Source: Candidatus Latescibacterota bacterium (GTDB taxonomy: Bacteria > Latescibacterota > UBA2968 > GCA-2709665). Taken from it: DNA of 64,000 nucleotides. Numbering within the stretch: the first letter of the stretch is position 1; each line of letters begins with the position of its first letter. The notes under the pieces are model-generated. The model ran no database searches. It was not told the origin of the DNA and was given only the letters and a program-made list of their open reading frames with translations. The position numbers and the translations under genes were made by a program. The DNA is taken from assembly GCA_965226795.1 (NCBI GenBank), contig CBDDDZ010000005.1, positions 192,001-256,000 on the forward strand. The letters are read 5' to 3'. Below are positions 1 to 10,505 of this stretch, piece after piece.

Positions 1-1
1 T

Positions 2-2156
2 CTCTGGGCGCTGGGCGCCGTGCTTGGCAATGAGGAACTGGTTGACGAGGCCATCGAAGGGCGGTATGGGCTGGCCGTGAATCTGACCAACAACACGTTC
101 CGGGACGGGAAGTGGTGGTACGATGCACCCGGTTATGCCGTGAGTTCGGTTACACGGGTAATTCTGGATCGCCTGTTTGCAATGAAGGGCACTGATCGGA
201 TCGGGGATTCCCGGCTGCGGATTCGGGAGTCGATCGAATTCGGTCGGAATATCGTTTGTGATGGACGGATTCCCGCAATCGGCGATACGGGCGGCGCCGA
301 TTCGAGGATGAAAGTGCTGGATCCGTTCGCAAGCTGTGACATTGAAGAACTGGCATATATCCACACGGGGGACGACGAATATCGAACCCGTCTGCTTGCG
401 CTTTCGGAAGGGAACGTGGATCGGGTCAGAGAGCGTTACGCCGACGCCAACTTTCTGTTTCACGCGGATCCGGTTCGAGGCACAACCCTGCCTTTTGTGC
501 CACGGACGGCCCTCTTTCACGATTCCGGCATCGCGATTTTGAGGACGGGAGGCGATATTGCGTCGCGGAAGCACCTGGTTTTGAACTACGGAAAGGGCAG
601 CGGCGGGCACGGTCACCGGGACAAGCTGGGGATCAACCTTATCACGTTCGGGTATGATCTGGCGTGCGATCTGGGGTATCCAACGACGTTTACACACAAG
701 AAAGTGGACGGTTGGGAGAAGCACACCGCCAGCCATGCGACCGTTTGCATCGACGGGCGGGCTCAGGAACTCGCCACGGGCAGCTTGCGGTTCTACGGAC
801 GTACGCCAGGAATGCAGGCCGTCTGCGCATCCGGAGAAGGGGCGTATCCGGGATGCGCGGAGGTGTACGAACGGACGCTGATGATGGTGGACGCGCCGGG
901 CGCCGACGCGTATGTGGTTGACCTCTTCCGCGTGCGTGGCGGAGCGACGCACGACTATATGTTCCGGAGTTTGAGCGGGGACGACGGCGAGAATTTCAGG
1001 ATTGGAATTCCCTTCGGGGACTGAGACGGTGCGCCAGGCTCGAGGCACGGCCGCGGGTGAGGATGTCGCATTCGGGACATCGCCGGGATTGGGATACATC
1101 AAGGATGTCTCCCGGACGGTCTGTGATGGATTGTGGTCTGCCGCGTGGCGGGTGGGGGACGAGGAGAATACGGGCATTCGGCTGACGATGCTGGGGGGTT
1201 CCGACCGGGAAATTATCAACGGAAAGGGAGAAGGATACGGATTTTTTGGGCAGAGTCCCTGGGACGCATGCGTTGCTGTCAGACAATCGAGCGGTGGTGG
1301 TGAGTCCATTTTTGTGGGCGTACTGGAACCGTTCCAGGGCAGCCCCTTCGTCAGGTCGGTGGAAGCATTGACAGTCTCCGGCGGTATCGGCGCGAAGGTG
1401 TGCCTGGATGGAAGAACCGATTACGTGTTTCTCAGGTTGGAGAAGGGTTCGGTCTGCACAGCGGAAATCGACGGGGTTCCCGTGGCGTTCGACGCGGAGG
1501 TGGCGAGGATTACCGTGTATGTGTCGGGCGGGTGTGACCTGCAGATGGTACAGGGCGTCCGGTTGCGGTTTGGAGACGAGATCCTCGAAGGCGCCGCATT
1601 ACCGGCCGGCCGCGTGGATGCCGTTGACCCGGAAGGCCGGTCGGTCGACGTGACCCTGGATTCCGTTGACGGGATTGAGGACGGGGATGTGATGGTTTTC
1701 AGGAATCCAGCCTATATCTGCAATTCCAGCTACGAGGTCATCAACACTATAGCGATGGATGGAAACCGGTACCGGATCGGGTTGAATATGTCTCTGAATC
1801 TTTCGGAGGGGGTGGTGCGATCCGTGGACCGGGAGAGAGGGTTGTTCGCAACGGACACCTGCATGACCAAGCTGGAAGCCTGCTCCGGACTGTTCGACGG
1901 AAAGGCGATCCGCACGTCCGTCAAAGCCGTAGGGGCGATTGAGACGGCGGGGCCCGACATTCCGGGTCCGGAAGAACGGACGTTTGCGAGCGGGATGGGC
2001 GGCAGCGATCCGGCGACCGGCACGATCAACTATTTTCGGTTCCAGGATCCGCGCTCGGGTTCCGGGTTGAATGTGGGGGACCGGTTTCTGGTATGCGACC
2101 TGAATGCGGGCGATCGATTCGAGGTGATGCGATCGGCCCACCGGACCATCCCGTAA
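2..2156 (+). pseudogene. Heparinase II/III-like (oligo-alginate lyase-like) protein, 5'-partial, split by a +1 frameshift near 1001
   Basis: ORF 20..1024 is open from the window start and has GHGHRDKL, DLGYP, HTASHATV and YVVDLFRV motifs typical of heparinase II/III C-terminal domains. ORF 1002..2156 continues in another frame; removing one base in TTCAGG-A-TTGGAA gives ...GENFRLEFPSGTE... Confidence 0.7.
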
Positions 2157-2182
2157 GAACAGACTCGGAAGAGAAAAAAATG

Positions 2183-2288
2183 GCCATTACCAGAGGCCCC
2201 AAGGTAGTGGTATTTGCGGGCTGAAGATCGATTGAACGATTTTCAGGTGCCGCTAAAGGTTGGCTACCTCTGGTGCCTGGGCAATGGC
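2183..2288. repeat. Long imperfect hairpin between convergent genes
   Basis: GCCATT..AGGTAG pairs with CTACCT..AATGGC; inner stem CTGAAGATCG / CGATTTTCAG. Confidence 0.6.
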
Positions 2289-2372
2289 TTGCGGGACAAG
2301 ATAGACCTGCAATAGCGGGATGTCAATGAGAAAACGCCGATCGTCCGATGCCCCCGATGGTCCGGTTTAATC

Positions 2373-2696
2373 CTATGTCAACTTGCCGTGGACCGCAATC
2401 CAGATGCAGGGGGGATCTGCGCTTGTGTGTTCCACGCGGTGTCTCTTGCGGGCCGGAATGAGGAGATGGTCGCCCGCGCGCAGGTTCAGGGTCGGGCCGT
2501 CTTCGCAGGCGAGGATGGCCTCGCCCTGAAGGAGTACGACCCATTCGTCCCGTTCCTGGTCGTACCACTCGCCCGGGGGGGTGGCCTGTCCGGTGGAGAC
2601 GATACGTTCGATGAGCACACCCCGGTCCGGGATGAGGCGGGTGAACTGCTCTTCATCCTCCAGAGGGGTCGGAAGATCGTAGATATTGGCGGTCAT
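2373..2696 (-). CDS. Cupin domain protein
   Basis: MTANIYDLP...IERIVSTGQATPPGEWYDQERDEWVVLLQGEA...GDHLLIPARKRHRV; start reassigned to the ATG at 2696. Confidence 0.85.
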   Translation of the reverse strand: MTANIYDLPTPLEDEEQFTRLIPDRGVLIERIVSTGQATPPGEWYDQERDEWVVLLQGEAILACEDGPTLNLRAGDHLLIPARKRHRVEHTSADPPCIWIAVHGKLT

Positions 2697-3333
2697 GAGC
2701 GAGCGGTTGAGCGGCCTTGATGAGGGTGTTGAGATTTTGGGTGGCGGCTTCGGGGTCGGCATGGCAGCAGACGGCTGATATGACGGCGATGCCGTGGGCC
2801 CCGGACGTCACCACGCCGGCCGCGTTTCCTGCGCCGATACCGCCGATGGCAATAACGGGCGCCTGGACGGTTCGGGCGAAATCGGCCAGCTTTTCCAGTC
2901 CCTGGGCGTCGCCGGCGTCGTTTTTCGAGCCGGTTGGAAAGATGGGCCCGAATCCCACGTAATCCGCGCCGTCCGCGATGCCGCGCCGGGCTTCGTCGAG
3001 ATTCCCTGCGGACACGCCGATGATCCGATCGGCGCCGAGGAGATTTCGGGCAAGCGCAACCGGGAAGTCGTCCTGGCCGAGGTGTACGCCGTCGGCTTCG
3101 GCGGCGAGGGCGACATCGACTCTGTCGTTTACAATGAGGGGAACGCTCCTCCGGGCACAGATGTCACGCATCGCTCGAGCGGTCTGGATCAAATCGCGCG
3201 TGTGGCCGGTTTTCTGTCGGTATTGCACGGTGTCGGCGCCGCCCGAGACTGCCAGCCTGGCCAGATCGGCGTGAGTGTATCGGGTCTGCAGAACGGTGTC
3301 CGTAAGAACGTGGAGGGCGCCGATTTTTTTCAT
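2653..3333 (-). CDS. thiE: Thiamine-phosphate synthase
   Basis: VQYRQK, LIVNDRVDVA, GVHLGQDD, GPIFPTGSK, IAIGGI motifs; start MKKIG at 3333 overlaps the thiD stop. Confidence 0.95.
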   Translation of the reverse strand: MKKIGALHVLTDTVLQTRYTHADLARLAVSGGADTVQYRQKTGHTRDLIQTARAMRDICARRSVPLIVNDRVDVALAAEADGVHLGQDDFPVALARNLLGADRIIGVSAGNLDEARRGIADGADYVGFGPIFPTGSKNDAGDAQGLEKLADFARTVQAPVIAIGGIGAGNAAGVVTSGAHGIAVISAVCCHADPEAATQNLNTLIKAAQPLAHDRQYLRSSDPSGG

Positions 3334-4127
3334 CCATCGCCCTCCAGGAAGAAGAAATGATGGGTGGGCCCGTGGCCGCGGCCGATGGAGAGACCGTGGC
3401 GAATGGCTTCGGTGACGTACGTTTTCGCGTTTTCGACGGCCGATACGAGAGGCTGGCCTTTGGCGAGGTTTGCCGCGATGGCGGCCGAAAGGGTACAACC
3501 CGTGCCGTGCGTGTTCCGGTGGGGAATTCGTTCGCCGGAAAAAACGGTTTCTTCGGATCCGTCAAAGAGTACGTCCACCACGGCTTCGGGATCGAGCAGA
3601 TGGCCGCCTTTAACCAGCACGGCCCCGGGGCCCGCATCGTAGATGATACGCGCCGCCGCCTTCGCGTGGTCCAGGGTTTCGACGGGCATTCCTGCCAATA
3701 CCTGAGCCTCGCGCAGGTTGGGTGTGACTAGCGTGGCCAGGGGCAGGAGGTGCTGTTTAACGCTCGCGACGGCTTCCGGTTCGAGCAGGTCGAAGCCGCT
3801 AGAGGAGACCATGACCGGGTCCACCACCAGGTTGGAAACCTGGTGTTCGGCGAGTTTCTCGGCGACAAGGTTGACCGTTTGCCCGGATGAGAGCATGCCG
3901 GTCTTCACCGCGGAAACGTCGAAGTCATCGAAAATTGCGTCTATCTGGGCTTCGATAAGGTCCACGGGCAGGTCGAACGACCTCCTGACCTCCCTCGTGT
4001 TCTGGGCGGTAACCGCTGTGATGACCGACAGGCCGTAAACGCCGTTGGCGTGAAAGGATTTGAGGTCGGCCTGGATGCCGGCGCCCCCGCCGGAGTCGGA
4101 CCCGGCAATGGAGAGAACCTGTTTCAT
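3330..4127 (-). CDS. thiD: Hydroxymethylpyrimidine/phosphomethylpyrimidine kinase
   Basis: LSIAGSDSGGGAGIQADLK, VDPVM, TPNLREA, THGTGCTLSAAIAA. Confidence 0.96.
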   Translation of the reverse strand: MKQVLSIAGSDSGGGAGIQADLKSFHANGVYGLSVITAVTAQNTREVRRSFDLPVDLIEAQIDAIFDDFDVSAVKTGMLSSGQTVNLVAEKLAEHQVSNLVVDPVMVSSSGFDLLEPEAVASVKQHLLPLATLVTPNLREAQVLAGMPVETLDHAKAAARIIYDAGPGAVLVKGGHLLDPEAVVDVLFDGSEETVFSGERIPHRNTHGTGCTLSAAIAANLAKGQPLVSAVENAKTYVTEAIRHGLSIGRGHGPTHHFFFLEGDG

Positions 4128-4789
4128 GTGGGCTGCGGATGACGGGCACAGGGGGCTGAAGCCCAGGCCTCCAGGTAGCCGCTCACGGCGCACCGAATAT
4201 CCTCAGCGGCGAGGATACCCGACATGACGGCCACGCCCGCGGCGCCCTCACCCTTGCACGCGGCAACCCGTTCGGGCGTGATGCCACCCAGGGCATAGAC
4301 AGGAAGGGGTGAGCATCCCGTGGTCCGGCGAAGGGCCAGGGGTCCGGAGCCAGGACCGTATCCCGGTTTCGAGACCGGAGTGTGGATCGGGCTGAAGGTG
4401 AGAAAATCTGCGCCGTCAGCCTCCCTGCATTCCTTTCTGTTGTGCGTTGAACGACCGATCAGCAGGTGGTTTCCGTATTGTTGTCGAATTCCGGATGGGG
4501 TGGGGCCGATTGCGGGAAGATGGACGCCCGCCGCGCCGATATCGCACGCAAGCCCCGCATGCGTGTTGACGAGCAGGCGCGCGCCGTAATTCTCGACCCG
4601 GCGCTGGAGCCGGACGGCCAGGTGACGGAGCGCGCGGATTTCGAGGCGTTTTTCCCGCAACTGGACGAGGCGGACACCGGCGTCCAGCGCTTCCGCGAGA
4701 ACGTCCTCCAGCGCACGGGGCGCACACGTCTCGCGGTCTGCGATCAAATAGAGCGGCGGCAACCCTATCGCATGGGCTGTCTCATTCAT
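4124..4789 (-). CDS. ThiE/TenI family protein (probable thiazole tautomerase TenI-like)
   Basis: [33 protein letters not shown]. It lacks the ND/GQDD motifs of true ThiE and lies directly after thiG. Confidence 0.8.
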   Translation of the reverse strand: MNETAHAIGLPPLYLIADRETCAPRALEDVLAEALDAGVRLVQLREKRLEIRALRHLAVRLQRRVENYGARLLVNTHAGLACDIGAAGVHLPAIGPTPSGIRQQYGNHLLIGRSTHNRKECREADGADFLTFSPIHTPVSKPGYGPGSGPLALRRTTGCSPLPVYALGGITPERVAACKGEGAAGVAVMSGILAAEDIRCAVSGYLEAWASAPCARHPQPT

Positions 4790-5561
4790 GGCTGACCGCG
4801 CCCTCCATGGGCGTGGATGCCGTGGCGTAGAGTTTTTGAGGGATGCGTCCGGCCTCGTAAGCGAGGCGGCCCGCACGGACGGCGTGGCCCATGGCTTTCG
4901 CCATGAGCACGGGGTGGCGGGCCCCGGCCACCGCCGTATTCAGCATGACGCCGTCGCAGCCGAGTTCCATCGCGACGGCGGCATCGGAGGCGGTGCCCAC
5001 CCCGGCGTCGACGATAACGGGGAGGTCGACCGTGTCCAGGATAATGCGGAGATTGTAGGGGTTGCGAATGCCCATTCCGGAGCCGATGGGCGCGCCCAGC
5101 GGCATCACCGCGGCACAGCCGACGTCTTCCAGTTTCTTGCAGGTAACGGGGTCGTCGTTGCAGTAAGGCAGCACTGTAAAGCCGTCCTGAATCAGTTCGT
5201 CCGCCGCCTCCAGCAGCCCCGCGACGTCCGGGAAGAGGGTGTTCTCGTCGCCGATGACCTCCAGCTTGATCAGGTCGGTTTCCAGGGCTTCGCGTGCGAG
5301 TCTGGCCGTGAGCACGGCGTCCCGGGCGGTGAAACATCCCGCGGTATTCGGCAGCAGCGTATATTTCTCGCGGTTGATCAGATCGATCAGGCTCTCGCCG
5401 GAAGAATCCTCCAGGTTGATCCTCCGGATGCCAACGGTTACGATTTCCGCGCCGCTGGCGCGGATAGCGTCCAGCATGACCTGCATGTTGGGGTACCGCG
5501 CCGTCCCGATAATGAGACGGGAACCGTACGTCGTCCCTGCAATGGACAGACCATCAGACAT
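4782..5561 (-). CDS. thiG: Thiazole synthase
   Basis: [46 protein letters not shown]. Confidence 0.97.
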   Translation of the reverse strand: MSDGLSIAGTTYGSRLIIGTARYPNMQVMLDAIRASGAEIVTVGIRRINLEDSSGESLIDLINREKYTLLPNTAGCFTARDAVLTARLAREALETDLIKLEVIGDENTLFPDVAGLLEAADELIQDGFTVLPYCNDDPVTCKKLEDVGCAAVMPLGAPIGSGMGIRNPYNLRIILDTVDLPVIVDAGVGTASDAAVAMELGCDGVMLNTAVAGARHPVLMAKAMGHAVRAGRLAYEAGRIPQKLYATASTPMEGAVSHE

Positions 5562-5705
5562 ATTTACCCTCTGTGAAAAACGGTTCGGACGTAGGGGCCG
5601 CCTGAACCGGATGCCCTTTCGACCTGGTCGACAATGGGGTCATGGTGTCCTGCCCCGAAAATATGTCACCATTCTTCCGCCGGTTCATCCCGCCTCGCCG
5701 CGGTT

Positions 5706-5824
5706 GCTGAGCTTGTCGAAATGCCCACGTTTCGACAAGCTTCGACACCCTTCGACAAGCTCAGGGAACTGGATCAGGTTGCACCGTTCGGTGCCCTTCG
5801 CCGACCCTTCGACAAGCTCAGGGA
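5706..5824. repeat. REP-like cluster (CCCTTCGACAAGCTCAGGGA family)
   Basis: Exact 20-mers at 5748-5767 and 5805-5824, an inverted copy at 5706-5720, a partial at 5731-5741; related partial copy at 58494-58507. Confidence 0.85.
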
Positions 5825-5868
5825 GCGGCCAAGGGTCCTCGGTCTGCGGGTCCGGCCAGGACAAAACA

Positions 5869-6075
5869 CTATCCACCCTGTACCGCGGCGATGATGTCCA
5901 CCCTGTCCCCGCTCCCCAGGCGCGTAGACGACCACTCCGCTCTGGATACGATTTCTGCGTTGACGGCTACCGCGATACCCCTGCGGCCGGGGTCGTGCGA
6001 TAGGTCGATCAGCAGATCACGTATGGAAATGCCGTTGTCGACGGTTCGGTTTTCTCCGTTCAAAGTGATCTGCAT
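5869..6075 (-). CDS. thiS: Sulfur carrier protein ThiS
   Basis: 68 aa, MQITLNGE...IAVAVNAEIV...GDRVDIIAAVQGG with C-terminal GG. Confidence 0.96.
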   Translation of the reverse strand: MQITLNGENRTVDNGISIRDLLIDLSHDPGRRGIAVAVNAEIVSRAEWSSTRLGSGDRVDIIAAVQGG

Positions 6076-6086
6076 GGCGTCTTGTT

Positions 6087-7223
6087 TCAGGCGAAGAAGC
6101 GGTCGATGCCGAAGGCTCGAATTTCTTCCGGCGTGTTGCCGGTGAGTACAAGCTCCGCAACGGCATCGGCGGTGATGGGCGCCAGAAGGATGCCCTTGCG
6201 GTAGTGGCCCGTTGCCATAATAAGGCCGTCGACGGGGGTTTTTCCGAGGATTGGTGCGTCGTCCCGGCTGCCCGGTCGAAGACCGGCGGCGGTTTCGATA
6301 ATCGGAAGGTCGTAGATTCCCGGAACGACCTCCCATGCGGCGCGCAGAAGTTCGAAAATGCCGCCCGCCGTCAGGCTTCCATCGTAACCCATTTCTTCGG
6401 AAGTGGCCCCCAGCACCAGACGCCCTCCGTCTTTCGGACACAGGTAGGCGACCGCCGATGAGGCGGTTCGGTTGTACCATACGATTGTTTTCAGCGTGCA
6501 GTCGTCGGTCATTTGCAGGCGGAGGATCTGGCCCCGCACGGGGCGCACCGGGGGTTTGGCGGCGTCGGGCAGGCCTGGAATGAGACGGGACCAGCACCCG
6601 GCGGCGAGGATGATAGTCGCCGCCGGGTGGTTTTTGTCTCCGGCCCTTACGCCGTGCACGCGGTTCCGGGCGATGTCGATGGTCTCGACCGGAGTGGCTT
6701 CCTTAAGGGATCCGCCCGCCTTGAGAAATGCCCGACGCAGGGCTTCGACCAGCAGACGATTGTCCACCTGATGGTCTCCCGGGCACCAGACCGCGGCGCC
6801 GATCTGAGGCGAAAGATGAGGTTCCCGCGCGCGCGCTTCGGCTCCGTTCAGCCATTCGACGGGCAGGCCCAGGTCCTGCTGATAGTTGTAACGGAAACGG
6901 AGGTATTCGATATCGTCGCGGGTGACGCCCACCAGAAGGACGCCGTCGGGGCGATAGGCGACGGACAAGCCGCTTTCGGATTCGAGTTCCGCGACAAATT
7001 TCGGGAAACGACGTAGACTCTTCAGGCCAAGCCGCAGGAGCGATTCTTCCTCGTGACGCACCTCGGCCAGCGGGGTGAGCATACCGGCGGAAGCCCGGCT
7101 CGCGGCCTGGCCCGCCCGGTCTCTTTCGAAGATCAGGACGTCCCGCCCCGCCCTGGCAAGCCGCCATCCGATTCCGAGCCCGATGATGCCCGCGCCGACA
7201 ATAATGATCCGGTCCGATGGCAT
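6087..7223 (-). CDS. thiO: Glycine oxidase
   Basis: IIVGAGIIG FAD motif, ASRASAGML, PVRGQ, GLRP, TGHYRKGILLAP; thi operon context. Confidence 0.93.
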   Translation of the reverse strand: MPSDRIIIVGAGIIGLGIGWRLARAGRDVLIFERDRAGQAASRASAGMLTPLAEVRHEEESLLRLGLKSLRRFPKFVAELESESGLSVAYRPDGVLLVGVTRDDIEYLRFRYNYQQDLGLPVEWLNGAEARAREPHLSPQIGAAVWCPGDHQVDNRLLVEALRRAFLKAGGSLKEATPVETIDIARNRVHGVRAGDKNHPAATIILAAGCWSRLIPGLPDAAKPPVRPVRGQILRLQMTDDCTLKTIVWYNRTASSAVAYLCPKDGGRLVLGATSEEMGYDGSLTAGGIFELLRAAWEVVPGIYDLPIIETAAGLRPGSRDDAPILGKTPVDGLIMATGHYRKGILLAPITADAVAELVLTGNTPEEIRAFGIDRFFA

Positions 7224-7235
7224 CCGATGAAATCC

Positions 7236-7275
7236 CAAAAAAGCCGCCGCCTTCGATGTGGTCGAAAAGCGGCTG
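7236..7275 (-). terminator. Riboswitch expression-platform terminator
   Basis: Minus strand AGCCGCTTTTCGA-CCACA-TCGAAGGCGGCGGC-TTTTTT, between the aptamer and the thiO start. Confidence 0.65.
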
Positions 7276-7289
7276 GGGTGCGGTTTTTC

Positions 7290-7366
7290 GACTCCCTGCG
7301 CCGGCATAATCCGGATCAGGTTCAAAGGGTATGTTCTCAGCTCGGCGGGCGAGCACCCCTGCGTTG
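7290..7366 (-). ncRNA. TPP riboswitch aptamer
   Basis: Minus strand GGGGTGC...GCTGAGA-ACATACCCTTTGAACCTGATCCGGATTATGCCGGCGCAGGGA matches the THI-box consensus; lies upstream of the thi operon. Confidence 0.96.
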
Positions 7367-7626
7367 TCAAGGTTAAGATAGCGGTTCGGCCGCCCTCAGT
7401 CAAGCGATTCCGCTTGACATCGACGGATGATTGATTATTAAGAATGGTAAGGCGCGAGACGTAAGAGGTAAGAGGACCGCCCCCCACGTCGTTGTTTTTT
7501 GCCTTGTCTCACGTCTTGCATCTTGCCGTGGCGTCGTGTGGATGGGCGGGCTGACTGCTGAAATCTCTTTTCGCAGCAGCCGAAAGCGTAAACTCATCAC
7601 GTCTAACGCTTTTCAGGGAGGACCAT

Positions 7627-8823
7627 GTGGCGGATTTCAAACTGAAGGTTCACGCCGGCCCGCACCGGCGCGTCGGATGTCCCGTATCCGCGTTCGTGGG
7701 ACGATCGGGGGAAATGCAGCATTTCTTCGATTCTCCGGATCGACTGAGGCACCGGGAACGGACGGGAACGCTGGTGAGCCAGGATGGCGAGACAACGTGC
7801 CAGGTGCAACGTGAGGAAGACGGGGCGCGGGTCAGCTGGATTGTGGACGATCTGCCGGTGGGCGAGACAGCGCACTACGACCTGGATTTCGGGAGACAGG
7901 CGGCGTCCGGGAGCGGGGTTGAGTTATCGGAAGCCGACAACAGGATCCTGGTGCGGATCGACGGCGCCTGCTTTACGAGCTATTGCTTCGGGAAAGACGT
8001 GGTGAGACCGCACCTCTACCCGGTAATCGGTCCGTACGGCGACGGAATCACGCGCAGGCTGATTAAACCCGGGGAGGGTGACCATCATCACCACCGCTCC
8101 ATCTGGATTTCGCATGGCCACGTGAACGGATGGAATAACTGGGGAGAGGGAGAGGGGCACGCGTGGACCCGGCACCAGCGATTCGAGGGCCTGGAAAGCG
8201 GTCCGGTCTACGGCCGGATCGTATCGATCAGTAACTGGGAAGGTGCTGATGCCTGGCGCGGAGAGCACGGGTCGAACGTGATCTGCGAGGAACGGGCGGA
8301 GTGGACGTTTTACCGTACCGCGACGGACGTTCGGATCTTCGACTTGCACCTTACGCTGACCGCGCCGAAGATCGACGTTCTCTTCGGCGACACGAAGGAA
8401 GGCGGCATGGCGTCGATTCGAGTGGCCGAATCCATGGAAGTGCGAGCCGGCGAAGGGGGAAAGATCGAGAACGCGATCGGGGGCGTCAACGAGGATGAGA
8501 CCTGGGGCAAACGAGCCGCATGGTGCCACTATTCCGGGCCGGTGAACGGCAACCGCGTGGGTGTCGCCATTATGGACCATCCCGACAGTTTTCGGCATCC
8601 CACCTACTGGCACGTGCGCAACTACGGCCTGATGACGGCCAATCCCTTCGGTCACTCACAGTTTCACGGCGACCCGAAACGGCGGGGGAACCACGTGCTT
8701 CCGCCCGGCGAGTCCCTTACGGGCCACTACAGGTTCTACGTGCACAAAGGAGACGCCGCCGAAGGTCAGATCACAGACCGCTATCACGACTTTGCGCATC
8801 CGCCGATCGTGGAGGTGGGGTAG
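7627..8823 (+). CDS. PmoA-like family (DUF6807-type) protein
   Basis: RPHLYPV, DHHHHRSIW, GDTKEGG, TWGKRAAW, DHPDSFRHPTYWHVRNYGLMTANPFG; GTG start with GGAG RBS. Confidence 0.8.
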   Translation: MADFKLKVHAGPHRRVGCPVSAFVGRSGEMQHFFDSPDRLRHRERTGTLVSQDGETTCQVQREEDGARVSWIVDDLPVGETAHYDLDFGRQAASGSGVELSEADNRILVRIDGACFTSYCFGKDVVRPHLYPVIGPYGDGITRRLIKPGEGDHHHHRSIWISHGHVNGWNNWGEGEGHAWTRHQRFEGLESGPVYGRIVSISNWEGADAWRGEHGSNVICEERAEWTFYRTATDVRIFDLHLTLTAPKIDVLFGDTKEGGMASIRVAESMEVRAGEGGKIENAIGGVNEDETWGKRAAWCHYSGPVNGNRVGVAIMDHPDSFRHPTYWHVRNYGLMTANPFGHSQFHGDPKRRGNHVLPPGESLTGHYRFYVHKGDAAEGQITDRYHDFAHPPIVEVG

Positions 8824-8868
8824 ACAACATACGCAGGGCGCCGACTCACGGAAGGCAGGTATTGCCCG

Positions 8869-10308
8869 ATGGCCGATTCCTTCGAGCGACCGCATATTGT
8901 CTTCATCACCACGGACCAGCAGCGGGGCGACTGCACCGGGATCGACGGACACGCAATTCTCGAAACGCCCCATCTGGACCAGCTTGCGAACGAGGGCGTG
9001 TATTTTCCCAGAGCGTATTCGCCCTGTCCTGTGTGTGTGCCGGCGCGGATGGTGATGATGACGGGGCAGTCGCCCTACAAGACCGGATTCTTCACCAATT
9101 CGAGCAACGCGCTGGGCACGACCGATACTCTGCCCGGGATTCTGCGCGGCCTGGGTTATCAGACACAGCTGATCGGCAAGGCGCATTTCAGCCCCCAGCG
9201 GGCGCGGCTGGGGTTCGACAATACGATCATCAACGAGTCGGGCCGGTACCGCGAAGGCGACGATTATCACCGGTGGTTGAACAAAACGCCCTACGCGGGT
9301 CTGGAGCGGGCAACGAGCATCGGGAACAACGACGTGTTCTCCCGAAGGTCGGTCGTGCCCGAGACGCATCATGTGAATACGTGGACGGCAAACGAATGTA
9401 TCGAGTTTCTGGACAGGCGGGATCCCACCTGTCCGTTTTTTTTGTGGATGTCTTTCAGCCGGCCGCATTCGCAATACGATCCGCCCGCGCCGTACGACAC
9501 CTGGTACGATCCCGAAGACGTGCCGCCACCCATACGGACCCCCGACGAGGATTTTCTTCCCCCGGAACTCCGGGAGGCGCCCCCGCGCTACGATTGGGAT
9601 CGCATGTCGCCCGCGAGGATCGCCCGTGCGCGGCAGCATTACTTCGGGCAGATTACCCACATCGACCATCAGATCGGGCGGTTTTTAGCCGCCCTCCGCT
9701 GGAAGGGGTTGTGGGACAATACGCTGGTGATCTTTACCTCGGACCACGGAGATATGATGGGGGATTTCGGATTGTTCTTCAAATCCCATTTTTTCGAAGG
9801 TTCCGGTCGCGTGCCTCTGATTCTACGGCCGCCGAGAGGTTGGGAGGGGGTGATTCCCGCCCGGAGATACGAGAAGCCGGTGTCGCTCGTCGACGTGCTG
9901 CCCACTCTGATCTCGGCGGCGGGCGGCCGCGTCCCCGAGCAGGCGGACGGGGTGTCGCTGCTGCCGGCGCTGGAAGGAGACGATCCGGTTGAAGATCGGA
10001 TATTTCACGGAGAAATTGGTGCCGAGAAGCGGCGCCACCACTGCCTGGCGGACGGGCGATACAAGTATATGTGGTTCCGGCTGGGTGGCTGCGAGTATCT
10101 TTTCGACCTGAAGGAAGATCCGAACGAGGTGAATAACCTGGCGCGAGATGAAGACCGGGTGGTCGAATGGAGAAACCGCTTGATTAAACTCCTCGAAGTG
10201 CGCGGCGATCAAGCGGTACGCAATGGCGCGTTACTTCCCACCACGTATGAGCCGACGCCTGAGGCGGAATTACGGGCTAATGATCCCTTCGGCAGAAGAC
10301 CGTATTAG
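8869..10308 (+). CDS. Formylglycine-dependent sulfatase
   Basis: ITTDQQR, CVPAR (CxPxR), GKAH, FTSDHGD, LFDLKEDPNE. Confidence 0.93.
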   Translation: MADSFERPHIVFITTDQQRGDCTGIDGHAILETPHLDQLANEGVYFPRAYSPCPVCVPARMVMMTGQSPYKTGFFTNSSNALGTTDTLPGILRGLGYQTQLIGKAHFSPQRARLGFDNTIINESGRYREGDDYHRWLNKTPYAGLERATSIGNNDVFSRRSVVPETHHVNTWTANECIEFLDRRDPTCPFFLWMSFSRPHSQYDPPAPYDTWYDPEDVPPPIRTPDEDFLPPELREAPPRYDWDRMSPARIARARQHYFGQITHIDHQIGRFLAALRWKGLWDNTLVIFTSDHGDMMGDFGLFFKSHFFEGSGRVPLILRPPRGWEGVIPARRYEKPVSLVDVLPTLISAAGGRVPEQADGVSLLPALEGDDPVEDRIFHGEIGAEKRRHHCLADGRYKYMWFRLGGCEYLFDLKEDPNEVNNLARDEDRVVEWRNRLIKLLEVRGDQAVRNGALLPTTYEPTPEAELRANDPFGRRPY

Positions 10309-10505
10309 CCCGGGGAACGACAGGATACGAAGGGTGTTGGATTTGCCGCCGTTAAGCGTGCGGAGGCCGATCGGCACGACCGTCCGTCGTTGAGAATGTC
10401 TCATCGGTGTCACGCAAGCATTGTGCATCTCATCGCAACCCGCGTTCCCGTAACGTGCATCCTCGTGCGGGTTTCATGAAGGCATGAAACGGGGGTCCGG
10501 TCTCT

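Noticed and set aside
5706..5824. CRISPR array
   Set aside because: Only two exact 20-mers plus inverted and partial copies, and no cas genes; the pattern is REP-like.
5554..5894. Short ORFs in the thiS-thiG spacer
   Set aside because: They are translations of REP repeats (PSTSSG/FDKLR).
8520..9992. 490 aa alternative-frame ORF, and similar long shadow ORFs such as 37584..38978 and 8656..9669
   Set aside because: They overlap well-supported genes and are Arg/Pro/Gly-rich artefacts of high GC.
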